From NCBI RefSeq assembly GCF_000143415.4, contig NW_003314332.1:124001-188000 (forward strand): DNA of 64,000 bases. Reading direction: 5' to 3'. This document shows, piece after piece, positions 1 through 11,478 of this stretch. The stretch is from Selaginella moellendorffii. Taxonomy: Eukaryota > Plantae > Lycopodiophyta. The notes beneath the pieces were generated by a model. The model saw only the letters and a program-made list of their open reading frames with translations. It made no database searches and was not told where the DNA came from. A program made the translations under genes and the position numbers. Position 1 is the first letter of the stretch, and every line of letters begins with the position of its first letter.

Positions 1-2
1 CA

Positions 3-116
3 AAGCCACCACCAAAATTCCCTCCATTCCCGTTCCCATGGTTTCCTCCATTTCCATTTCCCTTCAGGTTCCCACCATTTCCAAGACATGCTCCACCACC
101 ACTGCCTAATGTGTAA
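3..116 (+). CDS. 3' end of a proline/phenylalanine-rich (cell-wall PRP-like) protein, partial
   Basis: Open frame from the window edge: KPPPKFPPFPFPWFPPFPFPFRFPPFPRHAPPPLPNV*, stop TAA at 114-116. Confidence 0.6.
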   Translation, partial: KPPPKFPPFPFPWFPPFPFPFRFPPFPRHAPPPLPNV

Positions 117-215
117 CTAAAATACTACCACCATAGTCGCCACCTTTTAGTTCCACGTAACTATAGATCCGCCACCTAGAAGTTTTCACACAAAAATTAA
201 TAAAAAGGGATGTTT

Positions 216-289
216 TTCCATTGCCGGGATTTGAACCCGGGTCGCCTGGGTGAAAGCCAGGTATCCTGACCGGACTAGACGACAATGGA
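216..289 (-). tRNA. tRNA-Glu (anticodon TTC)
   Basis: Reverse complement folds as a cloverleaf: acceptor stem TCCATTG/CAATGGA, anticodon arm CCTGG-CTTTCAC-CCAGG, T-arm CCGGG-TTCAAAT-CCCGG. CAA just upstream; T-run terminator downstream (AAAAA at 202-206 on +). Confidence 0.96.
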
Positions 290-559
290 ATTGCAAGAAG
301 CCTCTTCTGGCCAGTGCTTTCAATATCCATGGACAATTGTGTAAACTAACACTTTTTCCCTTGACTAGCTTGTTACTCGTTACATGAGAAAGTGTAACAT
401 ATCTACAGTTGGGGATGCTTTTGCTTTTGCTCAGGAATCTAGAGGCTGTGAGATCTTGAGTTTGAGTTTGGTGGTGCGTCTCCTTCGCATTCACAAAGGG
501 AGCTGGAGCAACTTGAAGAACCCTAACACGTTTCTTACAGCTTCGTATTAGGGTGGCGG

Positions 560-593
560 TTGATTGATTGATTGATTGATTGATTGATTTGAT
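560..593. repeat. (TTGA)n microsatellite
   Basis: About 7-8 tandem TTGA units, 3' of PYL. Confidence 0.9.
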
Positions 594-1036
594 CCTCACT
601 TCTACAAAATATACTTTGTAAGGTGTACTCTCTACATATACTGCCTGTAGGTACACTGCAAAAGCTGAAAGACAAAAAAGAAGGAATACTAATGATCTCA
701 AATGACAAAAACGGTCTTTTTTTCCTTATTTTTTTCCTTTTTGGCTTGTAAAAAAAAATTGATCGCATCTCTCGCTTGAGAGTGTTGTAATGTGTATTGA
801 TTGATTGACGATCTTATCCTCCCAAAAAGACCTCTATGTACACCAAGGGAATAAAAAAATGATAAAAAGAGATTTTTTCACATTTTTCCAGCCTCTCACA
901 CTGGGTCATTCCAACGATCCAAGCGAATCAAACCTTTGCAACAAACGAACGAACGAGCGATCGGTCGGGTTGTGCTGTGCGATCGCGGAAAAAAATCCAA
1001 AGAGAAAAGTATAAACCTCGCGGGCGCGTCTATGTA

Positions 1037-1939
1037 TCATCTCATCAAGATCAATCCACTGTCCTGCCCCGAATCCTTCTTGCAGGACGCCATTTCCGGC
1101 TGCTGCTGCTGCTGCTGCTGGCAGCGGCGCTGCTCCAGCTTGAAATTCGCCTGGCAGATCTTGGCCAGCGACTGCAAGTTGCACCGCACCACCGTGTCGG
1201 TGAAAACGCGAGTATCCTCCCTGGTGTTCCCCTCTGGAACATCCACCACATAGGATTCCATCACCACCGTCACCACCTTCCTGGTGGGAGCCAAAGTTGC
1301 CGGAGCTGTTCTTCCGTGATCCCCGGAAGAACACCTCAAACCTGCGCTGCCGCCACCGGTGGCGATGGCCATGGAAATGGATCCACCACCACCATCGCTC
1401 ACCTCAAACTCGTGCAAGCTTGTGACGGAGGCGTAGTTCCGAAGGCGGTGCTCGCCACCAACGACGCGGAAGCTGACGATGTGGTGCTCGTCGTCCAGGA
1501 TCTCCAGCCTCTCGGTACTGCAGCTAGCGGGGAGGCCCGAGATGAGCGTGATGTTGCGGAGGCTGCCCACGCTGCTGCCATCGCCGCTGGCGATGACGCA
1601 CGCCTTGACGAAGCGCTTGTAGGCCTGGGGCGTGTCGAAGCGGCGGAGCATCGGCCACACAGCGCTGACGGGCGCATCGATCCGCTGGAGCAAGAGATTG
1701 GCGCACTGGTGGGGCTGCGCGGCCGAGAGCACGCTGTGGAGGCGCCACCGCGATTCGTCCAGCTGCAATCGCTGCTGGGGCGTGAGCATATCGTCCACCT
1801 CTTTGCCGGTGGTGATTGTGGCGGCAGTGGTGGTGTTGTCCGATCCTCCGCCTCCGGCTCTCTCGACTTTGCTGGGCTTGGAGTGATCGTCCAGAGATAC
1901 CACGTCCTCGAGACGGATGATCCGCTGCTCCACCACCAT
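1037..1939 (-). CDS. PYL: PYR/PYL/RCAR abscisic acid receptor (START/Bet v1 fold)
   Basis: [21 protein letters not shown], gate SGLPA, latch [18 protein letters not shown]...CNLQSL; polyQ tail. First in-frame ATG at 1939. Confidence 0.95.
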   Translation of the reverse strand: MVVEQRIIRLEDVVSLDDHSKPSKVERAGGGGSDNTTTAATITTGKEVDDMLTPQQRLQLDESRWRLHSVLSAAQPHQCANLLLQRIDAPVSAVWPMLRRFDTPQAYKRFVKACVIASGDGSSVGSLRNITLISGLPASCSTERLEILDDEHHIVSFRVVGGEHRLRNYASVTSLHEFEVSDGGGGSISMAIATGGGSAGLRCSSGDHGRTAPATLAPTRKVVTVVMESYVVDVPEGNTREDTRVFTDTVVRCNLQSLAKICQANFKLEQRRCQQQQQQQPEMASCKKDSGQDSGLILMR

Positions 1940-2600
1940 CCCAGCGCGGGTCTGGTAATCGGACAAGAACCCACGAGCGATTAGCGATGGGGGAGCAAAA
2001 CCCACTACTCACAATCGCGGACCTTCTTCTCTTTTTCCTTCTTCTCCTTTTCTCACACACACTCCCTCTCTCTCCGCTTTCTCGCGCGGATATGCATTGC
2101 TCGAACCGACCAAGAAGGAAAAAGAGAAAGATAAAAAAAAGCAAGGAAGAGCATGGTTGACTTGCGCGGAGTTTCTAAAGCCAGAAGCTCGAGTGGGAGC
2201 TTAGATCTCGGAGGCGGCTCTCCTTGAGTCAGAGGCAGCACCAGCGTCGTCAAGGAGGAAGAATCCAATCACTCTGGAAAATCTCATGCAAGGAAAGCTC
2301 TTCCTTCGATCCTCGCTCTAAGATAAGAAGTGGAGATTGGTGTTCTTTACCTTGTTTTCTCCCAATGAATCGATCATCGTCGGGGCCACCATTGCGTTTG
2401 CCGTTGCGAGAAATCGCTCGCGCTAGCTCGGATCGCCCACACCCTCCAGCTTGGATAGAATCCAATCCAAGAAACAAAACCAGCCCAGCTTTCTTGATCT
2501 TCTTTGCGTGAGTGGGTTGTCAAGGAAGGTAGTCCTTTTTGATAGCTACCGCGAGCTCTGAGGGAACTCACACACACACAGAGGAAATTTAAGGAGCTTT

Positions 2601-2657
2601 CCTCTCTCTCTCTCTCTCCCTCTCCCTCTCTCTCTCTCGTGGAGAGAGAGAGAGAGA
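2601..2657. repeat. (CT)n/(GA)n microsatellite upstream of PYL
   Basis: A CT tract followed by a GA tract. Confidence 0.85.
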
Positions 2658-2744
2658 GTCTTTTGGTGTGAAGTGAGGGGCCCAAATGCGGTCACAAAAT
2701 CGCACGCGTACGGCGGGCTCAGGATCTAACTGCAGGGCCGTCGG

Positions 2745-2773
2745 GAATATTCACCGCGGGGCCGCGAATATTC
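2745..2773. promoter_or_regulatory. Two palindromic GAATATTC sites (P1BS-type GNATATNC / GARP-factor) upstream of PYL
   Basis: GAATATTC at 2745-2752 and 2766-2773, 21 bp apart. Confidence 0.45.
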
Positions 2774-3793
2774 CGTCGCTCCGCTATTTGATCGATCGCT
2801 GTCCAACTTGCGCTCGCCCCCACTTGACAATTTGGGAGAGAGCGAAGTTTGTGGATGATCAAGTCGCGGGAATGGATCCATCCTGTGGGCTTCGCGTCGT
2901 AAAGTAAAAGAGAGGAATTGGACTGGAGGATTGGCTGGCGGTCGCAGTAACGAGTTGTCGTTTGTCACCGAGGAGGATGCCCAAGTAGCCAAATTGCAGG
3001 GTGGCGGGGGGACCTTTTATAATTAAGCTCCAGCAAAGAATCCATCAATCCTCCCCACCACAGGCACCACATTTTGATATACAAGTAATATGTTTTGGTG
3101 ACGGAGACGACGACTGCGACGAAGACGAACGGGAAAATATCAGCTTTTCAATGCCCAAATCTTCCACGTGAAAACTGCATTGGCAGCTCCAACTTGCCAA
3201 GTTGCCCCGCACACAAAACCCCAAGAAAAAACTTCTTACGTTTTCTCTAGCTTGATCAGTCACACTGTTCCAACTAAGTACCATCTTTCTTCTTCTCGTC
3301 ACGCCCCCACCCAAATCCCTGGATCTGGAATCAAATCAGGCAAATAGAACTGGTTTTGTGGTCTAGTGTTGGGGCTGCAGTGACGGTGCATTGCATCTCA
3401 TCGCTTGCATCTCACCGCCACAATCAAGTGGATAGCATTGTCAAACATAAATAAAGCTTGGAGTCGAGATCAATTTGCCTTGCATCCATCAGTTTCATGT
3501 TTGCACTGTTGCATCCACCAGTCTCATGTGTCACAATAGCCATTCAGAGAAGAGCATACATGTATACATAGCATAAGAGCCTAAGACCCAATTTACAATG
3601 AAAAGCCGCAGGCAACAAGTGGGAAGAATAGTTCATTGCCCCCGAGTTTACAATTCGCTTGCCACACAAAATAATCAAGGGAGCCCGCATCCGCCCTCCA
3701 AGAATATTTCTCCAATCCTTACCAATTCAATGTACACTAAGCAGTGTATCAGAGCAAAAGCGAAAAAGGCCCCATTCTAGAAACAATCCCCAG

Positions 3794-4010
3794 CAAGTTG
3801 GGCCATTGTTTAGTCACTAAACAGCTCTAGCAAAATGATCCCCATGGACCAGCATCCTTGCAACCAATGGCTGCTTTTCACTGTAATATATATACTCCAA
3901 GTTGGGGCCATTGTTTACTCACTACACAGCCCTAGCAAAATGATCCCCATGACCAGCATCCTTCCAACCAATGGCTGCTTTTCACTGCAATATATATACA
4001 CCAAGTGGGG
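3794..4010. repeat. 104-bp imperfect tandem duplication
   Basis: CAAGTTGGG(G)CCATTGTTTA...AATATATATAC starts at 3794 and 3898; a third copy starts at about 4002. Confidence 0.9.
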
Positions 4011-4301
4011 GCAGAGCACCAGGTGAAATGCATCCCCAACAACTGGTCCCAAACTCTTTCAAATTGCACAAGAATCATTCCTGGAGTTGTCAAAAAAGAG
4101 GTAAAAAAATTTAAAACTGTGATGTCAGCGCCACGCCAGCTCCGTACCAGCTGGCCCCTCGCCGGATACCGTACATATAAGCTCTATGTTGTGTAGATTC
4201 GTTTAGACGTATCGAAACGATAATCACGGTGATAATATCTCTATCCTCTGTGTATGAATGAATATAATGTGTGTGTCTGCTGTGTACAAGTGGGCCTTTT
4301 T

Positions 4302-7300
4302 TTAAGCGAAGTAAGTGGCTGTGCCTGAATTTAATAGCAGCTGCCAGGCAAACGAGATGAGGAAGAATCAAAGCAACAAAAGAAAAGTAAAACACACTAC
4401 CTCGAGCTGCTCTTCCGTGAACTGTTCCTTCTGAATCTCCCAAGTATCCGAGTGCGTACGACGGAACTCGCCAATCGCCTTGGTTACGGTCGCTCGTATC
4501 GGCCACGGGTAATGGCTGAAGTATGTTATTGTCGTCACCATCTCGGGCAGCCAGCTGATACGGTAAAGATCACAACGGGTCAGAGTTTCTTGTGACGAGT
4601 ACCTGGGTATATCGTAAGGAACGGAGAGAATGCATGCTGTGAGAGCAAGCACTGCGCCGTGCACCACGGGAACTGCAAGCCCATCCGGAAGCCTGTGCGA
4701 GCTGGGAAGCAAGGCACACGAGCAAGTGAGAGGTCTTGAAATCAATCACCCGCTACAAACAAGGAACAAGTTGAACACACTGGGTGGCTTACTTTGGCTT
4801 CCCGGATTTTAAGATTGAGCGTGTTGTCGCCAGTGCCTGCTCGCGAAAGCTTTGCACCACGCTGCTCTCTGCGCCTCTCATCATGCCCGCTGCAGCCGTC
4901 GACGACATCTCTCTCACCTGATCGATAAAGGACAACAAACATGTAAGTCTTCCTCTTTTTTATTTTTTTAAAGAGAAAAATGTATGAAAACTCCTACCTC
5001 CAGCTGAGGGTCACATAGAGATTCAGTCACTTTGTTCCAAAGCAACTGCCAAAGGCTATGATTCAATAAGAATGAATGTCTGTACGCAAATAAGACGACA
5101 TTAGATAGTAGTACCATGCTCATACAAAAACAACAGACCTGTACATAAATGGCTGAAGGAACGAAATGGAGGCAACTCGAACGCGCCAGTTATCCTCACT
5201 CGCAGCTTTGAGTAATCGCGACACAAGTTCGGCAAGGTGCGAGGTGGGAAAGAGCTGCCACTTCAGGTAACGCAGAGCCGACCGTGCTAAGTGTGTCAGG
5301 TCTTTTTCCGAGGTATCCTGATACAACACACTCTTTCCTTAGTCTCAAAGCAAGAAAGCTATAAACCGAACCTGGAGCAAAAGAAGTGGATGTACAAGTT
5401 CAACTACAAGGTCTGACAAAATGTTGAACCGTCCTGAGTACATACAAGCTAACAGAAAATAAAACACCTGCACGACCAGAGGTGTAAAGAAGCTAGCCGA
5501 AAGATCAATATCACTTACCGTCTCCATGTCCTTGACAGCCTTTTTGTCACGTTTCGAAACATCCCCTTCAACGTTCTCGTGCACATTCAGGATCTTCCTT
5601 GCTTCTGGTTCGGTCCGCCGAATGAACCTCCCGAGAGATGTGCTGCCATCGAGTGGAACTTCGTGACCACACTCTCGTAGGCCAGCACTTAAAACACAAG
5701 CAAGCGTCCCGATCGCCTTCCGGACCTGTGCATTTAAACCAACGATCACAAAGCTCACAGTGAGAAACTGAATCAACCAAGGCTTCACCTGAGCAGTCGA
5801 GTGACCAGTGTACTCCAATATCTCGTCGAGAAGCATGACCTGGAAGCTGACTTCGTCGCTAAGCATGTCTTTGCTCTGGACTTCCAATAGTGCCGCGGTG
5901 AGAAAATTAAACCGCTTAGCGGCGAGACTCGAAGAAGCATGCGATCCCAGTAACTTGCCAAGGCACTCCAGCACTTTAAAACGCAGCGCCGACCCTTGGC
6001 TCCCACTCGTTGCATATCGGATGCATGCCACCCATTCAGGAGCGCATTCCAGTGTGGTTTTCTTGAGGGCCTTACGCAACAAAGCTGATAGCCAGTCATC
6101 CCATGCCGCCTCAACGCAGGCAGCCTCCGTCCGTATCACACCCCCGATTATCTCAGCCGCAGCACACTGCTTCCCACGTTCATCCACGGTCGAGACAGCG
6201 TCTTCCAGCGGCCGTCGTAAGATGTCCAAGACAATCTGGCCATATTTCCGAGTGAGCTCTTCAAACAGCTTAGCGGAAGCTTTCGAGAATGCAACTCCCA
6301 GTGACTTCGACTCCCAACTCCTCGTTGAAGGCCAGTCGCACATGTACGTCGGTAGCAAGTAAACCAGGCCGACGTCGGACATGCTTTGCGGAACGTGGAT
6401 GCCATCGTCTTCAGTGTAATGGTGGTCAAGTGCCAGCAGCTCGACAACACGTTCGCCAAAGCTCTCACTTAGCAATTGCTGCCCAATGGTGATTGATCCA
6501 TTTAGTTCATGCCCCTGCATCTTGTCGGATTCAGCACCTAACAGTAGTAGCACGGCTCTCACTGACAGCCTTCGCACCGTCGGCAAATCACTAGTAAGTT
6601 TTCCGAGGAAATGTTCTGTCAGGAAAAACATCGAGACCATGAATGTGAAGCTTACAAAAACATAGACTTACCGTATCCATTTCTGACTAGATTCAAATTT
6701 TTCTTTCCAGATTCAAAGAACGGGGCCAGTGTTAGAAACAACAGCAATCCTTGAGCCATGAGATTATACCTGCCATTTAAAAGAACCAAGTCAAACCCTT
6801 ACAAGAAACAGTGCAGTTTTACCGCCAATGGACGGATGATGAAGCACCGGTAGCGAAGCTTTTGATATCCATTATTGTGTCCTCAATATTTGGTGTTACT
6901 TGGACAGGAGACCCACCAAAATACCAATTGAAGGCAATGAAAAGCTTTACGATCGAGTTATATCAGATGATTTGCCATGGCTGATAAAGAAATATACCTT
7001 GTTAATAGCGTTCTGCGCTTTTGTGGAATCATGATGAGCGCTAGAAAATGAAGTTTAAGAAAGTGATAAATAAAGAAAAGCAGTTGGTCATACCTCTTGA
7101 GAAATGAAGCTAAAAACGCAGGCAGACATGACCAATCCTATAAAACAAAACATTAACACAAAGGCAAATAACTATGCTTGTTAGGCGCACCTCCATCATA
7201 GACCGTATAACTGTTCTCGTTTTTAGTATTGCACAGGCACCTAGTGTCGATTCTTCAGTGGCGTTGGGATTATTAAGGTGCGTAACGAGCAGTGGTAGTA

Positions 7301-10300
7301 TTGTTTGTGGCAAGAAAAAAAATCTGTGCATCAGAAGTCCAAGGACAGCGGCTGCATACCTGCGAAAGGAAGAGTTTCAGCGTCGCCAAAGAAACATATA
7401 ATGATAACTTACGATCTTATTGCCTTGTAACGATGTAAGCTAATGCTTACCAGATCGTTACTAAGTGATTCAAGAGCTGGAGGCAAGGAATTTGTCGGAC
7501 TCACGTAATAATCATAGTATTCTGTCTCTGCGCTCCGCCAAACATGTTGAATATATGCACGCTGGTGTACTAACCACAACGGTCTGCGATGGAAAAGAAC
7601 AAAAGAAAAGAAAACATGGGGCTGACGTTTGATGAAAAAAGACACGGATTAACCTTCTCAAACATTTCGTATCGTTGCTTGTTAAGAAATTAGCAGCAGG
7701 CTCGGTTAAATTCAGTCGTTCGGCATCCCAATCATTTCGGGCCTGATGCCAGTAGCCGTTTTCAACGCCTCCTAAATAGTTGACCCTTTAGTCCAGAACA
7801 ATAACAACTCTATCTCACCGGAATTGACTATAGCGTTCATGACAGAGATTAGAGGCTTAAGTATCGCGGATTCGTCCCCCTTATTTGCTAGAAGGTAGCT
7901 GTTTGGGAAAAAAGAGAAAATCAGCGCTTTCAGTTAAGGTGGAAAACAAAGAAGACAAATACCCGCATGCTTTGTGAAGGATCATTGCAATGTCACTTCT
8001 CAAACTGGAGTCACCAATTGGCACCCCAGACAATCCAACGACGGTATAGCTGTGCTCAACCTTCTGAAAGTCAGGAAGTGAAGATCCCAAACCTTGGAGT
8101 ACAGCGTCCACACGTAGAAGTGTCACACGGAGGTAGTCCTTCTCCTGTCCTGTATAAAGGATATCTTCACTGTAAAACAGCCTCAACGTTTCTGGTTTGA
8201 GTCTGTAGTGAGGTCACCTGTATTTTTCTGGAGACCTTTTTCAGGAAAGCGCTGAAGATTAGAGAGCGCCCCATGCATGTGGAAGTCAACCAGCTCCTCC
8301 ACGAACATAATTTCATCGGCGGAAGGAATGTGCCAAGATGGCCTAGCACTGTCAAACTCGTTCTTGTCTTTTGTACCAATCCAGATATCTAGTTCATCAG
8401 ATGCTGGCAGCCTGGAAACGCATATACTTAAAGCTCTTCAGCAATTAAATAAATTGAAACCTTACTTCCAAGAGCTGACAGGAAAATAGCACACTAGCCT
8501 TCGAATGAGAAACTTCAGCAACAGTTTTCCAGCATCATTGACCTTCATTGCAAACGCTTGTGAAGTCTCCCAGAGAGAGAAGAGAGAGAGAGAGAAACAA
8601 AAAAAAGCTCGCTTATTGCATACCTTGCAGGATGGAGCATTGAATGCTACTTGAATGAGGTCCTTGAGGATCGTCTTGTAATTCAGAATTGTTGCATCTC
8701 CGGCTGCAATTGTAGAAGCCAGGACGTTAAGCTGGTAAGTTGCTCTTTGCTCTAGAGCCGATGAGAGAGTCGCCTGAAGCAATGTCGCTCTTAAGGAATC
8801 TCTTTTTCTAAAAATCCAGGCATACCTTAGAGCTAAAGTCAGACGTTTCTCCGTTTTTGCAATATCCTGTAGACGGTGTTTCACCCAACGTGGATAGCAA
8901 ATCCTTCATGATAGGCTCTAATAACATGCTGATGGCCGTAGAAGAATCACGTTCGACAGCAGCAAAACACAAAGTTGCCATTTCATCCGCAGCTCCAGGT
9001 AAGATATTGCCAGTTAAGAACTTTTTTATACGCACGAGAACCTTAATAAAACTAGTGTCAGCAATAAACCATACACAAGATGTAGCAAAAACAAACCAGT
9101 TTGAAGATATGTTCGGGCAGCTTGCCAAACAAAAGAGCCAATAGCGGATAGAAATAGGACCCACTCTCCACGAGAAAGCCGTCATTGGTATTGGTTTCTG
9201 TGGACAAACTATGCAGACATTCAATATTTAGATACATAGAATTCGCTTTATAAAAAGAAAGCTTCCATGCAGGACTGTATACTTACGAAGATTGAGACCC
9301 TGGTTCCAGACTCAGAAGCAGAGAAAATAGCTGGTCCAGGAACTGAAATGTCCACTTTTCCCAGTCGATAGGAAAAATACCGTTGTGATCAGGATCTTGA
9401 AGGTTGCTCACGCTCGATAACACGGAGCAATACAGCTGCATGGTGGCAAGCGTTTTAAGAGGATCGTTTGCATCCAATCCAGGTATAGTTTTGAACATAG
9501 AACCGAGAAGCGCATCTCTATAGCGCACAGCAGGCCCAGCAGTTAACTGGTCCTCCTTGTTAGAGGCCGTCTCTCTTTGATAAAAGAGTAGAATGGGCCT
9601 GGTACACAAGGCAAGAGTTTTAATCGCTAATTCAAGCTGATGAGTTGCCGTAATCTGCAAAAACCTTTCAGTGAAGAAAGAATAGAATTTCTTACGTACC
9701 GACACCATGGCAGTTTCAAAAGAAGAAACCGCAACGTTCAGCGCCAATGCTGGTTCAATATAAGCCAAGTTTGACACTGCTTTAGCGCAAGCGTGAGAAA
9801 GCCTGTCACTTTTACTGTATTGGCCTCTCTCTACCAGCCTTAAAACTTCCTTCACAAAAGACGCTCGTTCATCTGCCCCCAAGACTTGTCTCGTCTTCTT
9901 CTGCGTGTTACACTCTCTCTCCATACGCTTCGAGAAGCAACGTACGAGGAAAGTCATGAAATGTTCGAGGGAGTCAGACCAGTGGCCACCATTTGACGGG
10001 TGGTAATATGGCTCAAGATAATCAACCAGCTTCCTGAAAGAAGACTCCGCTGAGCCTCCGGGAGTCAGCAGATAAATCTGCAAAGGACGAGCAACATAAA
10101 TTCAGCAAGTAGTTGTCAAAAAAGACCGAAGTTCTTACGATTGATTTGGCCGCGGTCTTTGATAACGACACGTTTATTCCGGGAGGAAAACTATGGATGG
10201 ACCAGTTAATTGGGGGATGTGCACTAGACCGTCCAACAGGTACCTGAAACCTTTGGCTATTAGAAAACGAACAAAAGAACTTGCAACTCAATTAAGATTA

Positions 10301-11478
10301 TCTAACCCGGAAAGAGTTCAGTAGATGAGAGAAAATAACTGGCATAAAAGGTTCCCAGTTCATATCCAACGACGTGATACACCGGCCAATCAAGGATCCC
10401 CATTGTGAGCTCCAAAACTGACAGCTAGGAATACGTTGCCAGAGGTCGAGGCACTCGGCCACCCAGTCACTGGTAGTTAGTCGGAAAGTTTTTAGCGCGA
10501 AAAGTATCAACCGGGACGACTTACACTGTGAAAACGTAAGGCTCCGACAAAGAATGCTGTGATTTCAGTGGAATAAAAAGCCCCAGAAAGCCTAGAGCCT
10601 CCAAGCACGATATGCGACAAGGATGATCGAAGCAAGGCCTACAAAGACGAGAAAAGCCATTAACACGAGGAAAAGATACAGCGGGAGCAATTTGCGTTGC
10701 CCCACCTAAACTCGTTCCAGATTTCCGTGGCAGAACCCGCAGAGAAGTAGTATCGGCAGCACTTGAGAAGCACGACAAAGTTGGTTGCATGCTCCGAGTT
10801 AGTCCCAAGCCCGCTGTAAAACTCCTGCCTGCCAGCCAGTAGTAAAGTCGCAGGCTCACAACAAAAGGCAAAAAGCTTACCTCTTGAAATGCGTGTTTAC
10901 GAATATTTTGTAGAAAGGCCGCCAGTCCAGCGATAAGCTCAGCTTCTTGCGGTACTTTCTAAAGATCCTTGTCAAGCAGATCGCCCACCTTGTCTGTCCG
11001 AAAAAACGAACAATAAACAACAAATGAACGAGAAAAGAGAAGAAAACACGAAGAGCTACCTGAGCTTGGAGATTGATGGTGCCCTCGAGCAAAACCTCCA
11101 GTCCGATATTCGCTACAAGCTGCACGTCTTCCACGGCCACAGTGCTCAGTGCTTTCAAGAACCTGTAGAAAGAATCCACTTCGTAAGGGAAGAAGAAAAA
11201 TAAAAACGAAAGAGAGAAGCTTACGATTGTATGAGGTAGATAAATCTGGTAGTCCTGACAGCCGAGGCCGAATTACCAGGTTCCCATTCTTCCTTGAGCT
11301 TTAGCGCCAGCTGATGGAATCGTCCCTCCTCTTCTCCAATCCTCTCGGCAACGATCGCAGGGAGCCAGCGATTGTAGAGACTGGTCTTCGGCGGCGCCGC
11401 AGCATCATCGGGGCACTCCTTGGCCATGGCCTCATCAGCAGCAGGAGGGGGAGGAGGAAGGGGAGTGGGATCTTCCAT
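4302..11478 (-). CDS. PA200: Proteasome activator subunit 4 (PA200/Blm10), many short exons
   Basis: N-terminal LYNRWLP; YLEPYYHPSNGGHW; PGLDANDPLKT; HGAVLAL...SVPYDIP...EFRRTHSDTW. Last exon LLLNSGTATYFA*, stop at 4302-4304. GT-AG introns link the ORF fragments. Confidence 0.93.

Noticed and set aside
106-701. ORFs overlapping tRNA-Glu and the TTGA microsatellite
   Set aside because: They are explained by the tRNA and the repeat; there is no coding signature.
977-1984. 335-aa plus-strand ORF and similar long antisense ORFs (20615, 27215, 39838, 51445)
   Set aside because: They are shadows of GC-rich genes on the opposite strand and have no recognisable motifs.
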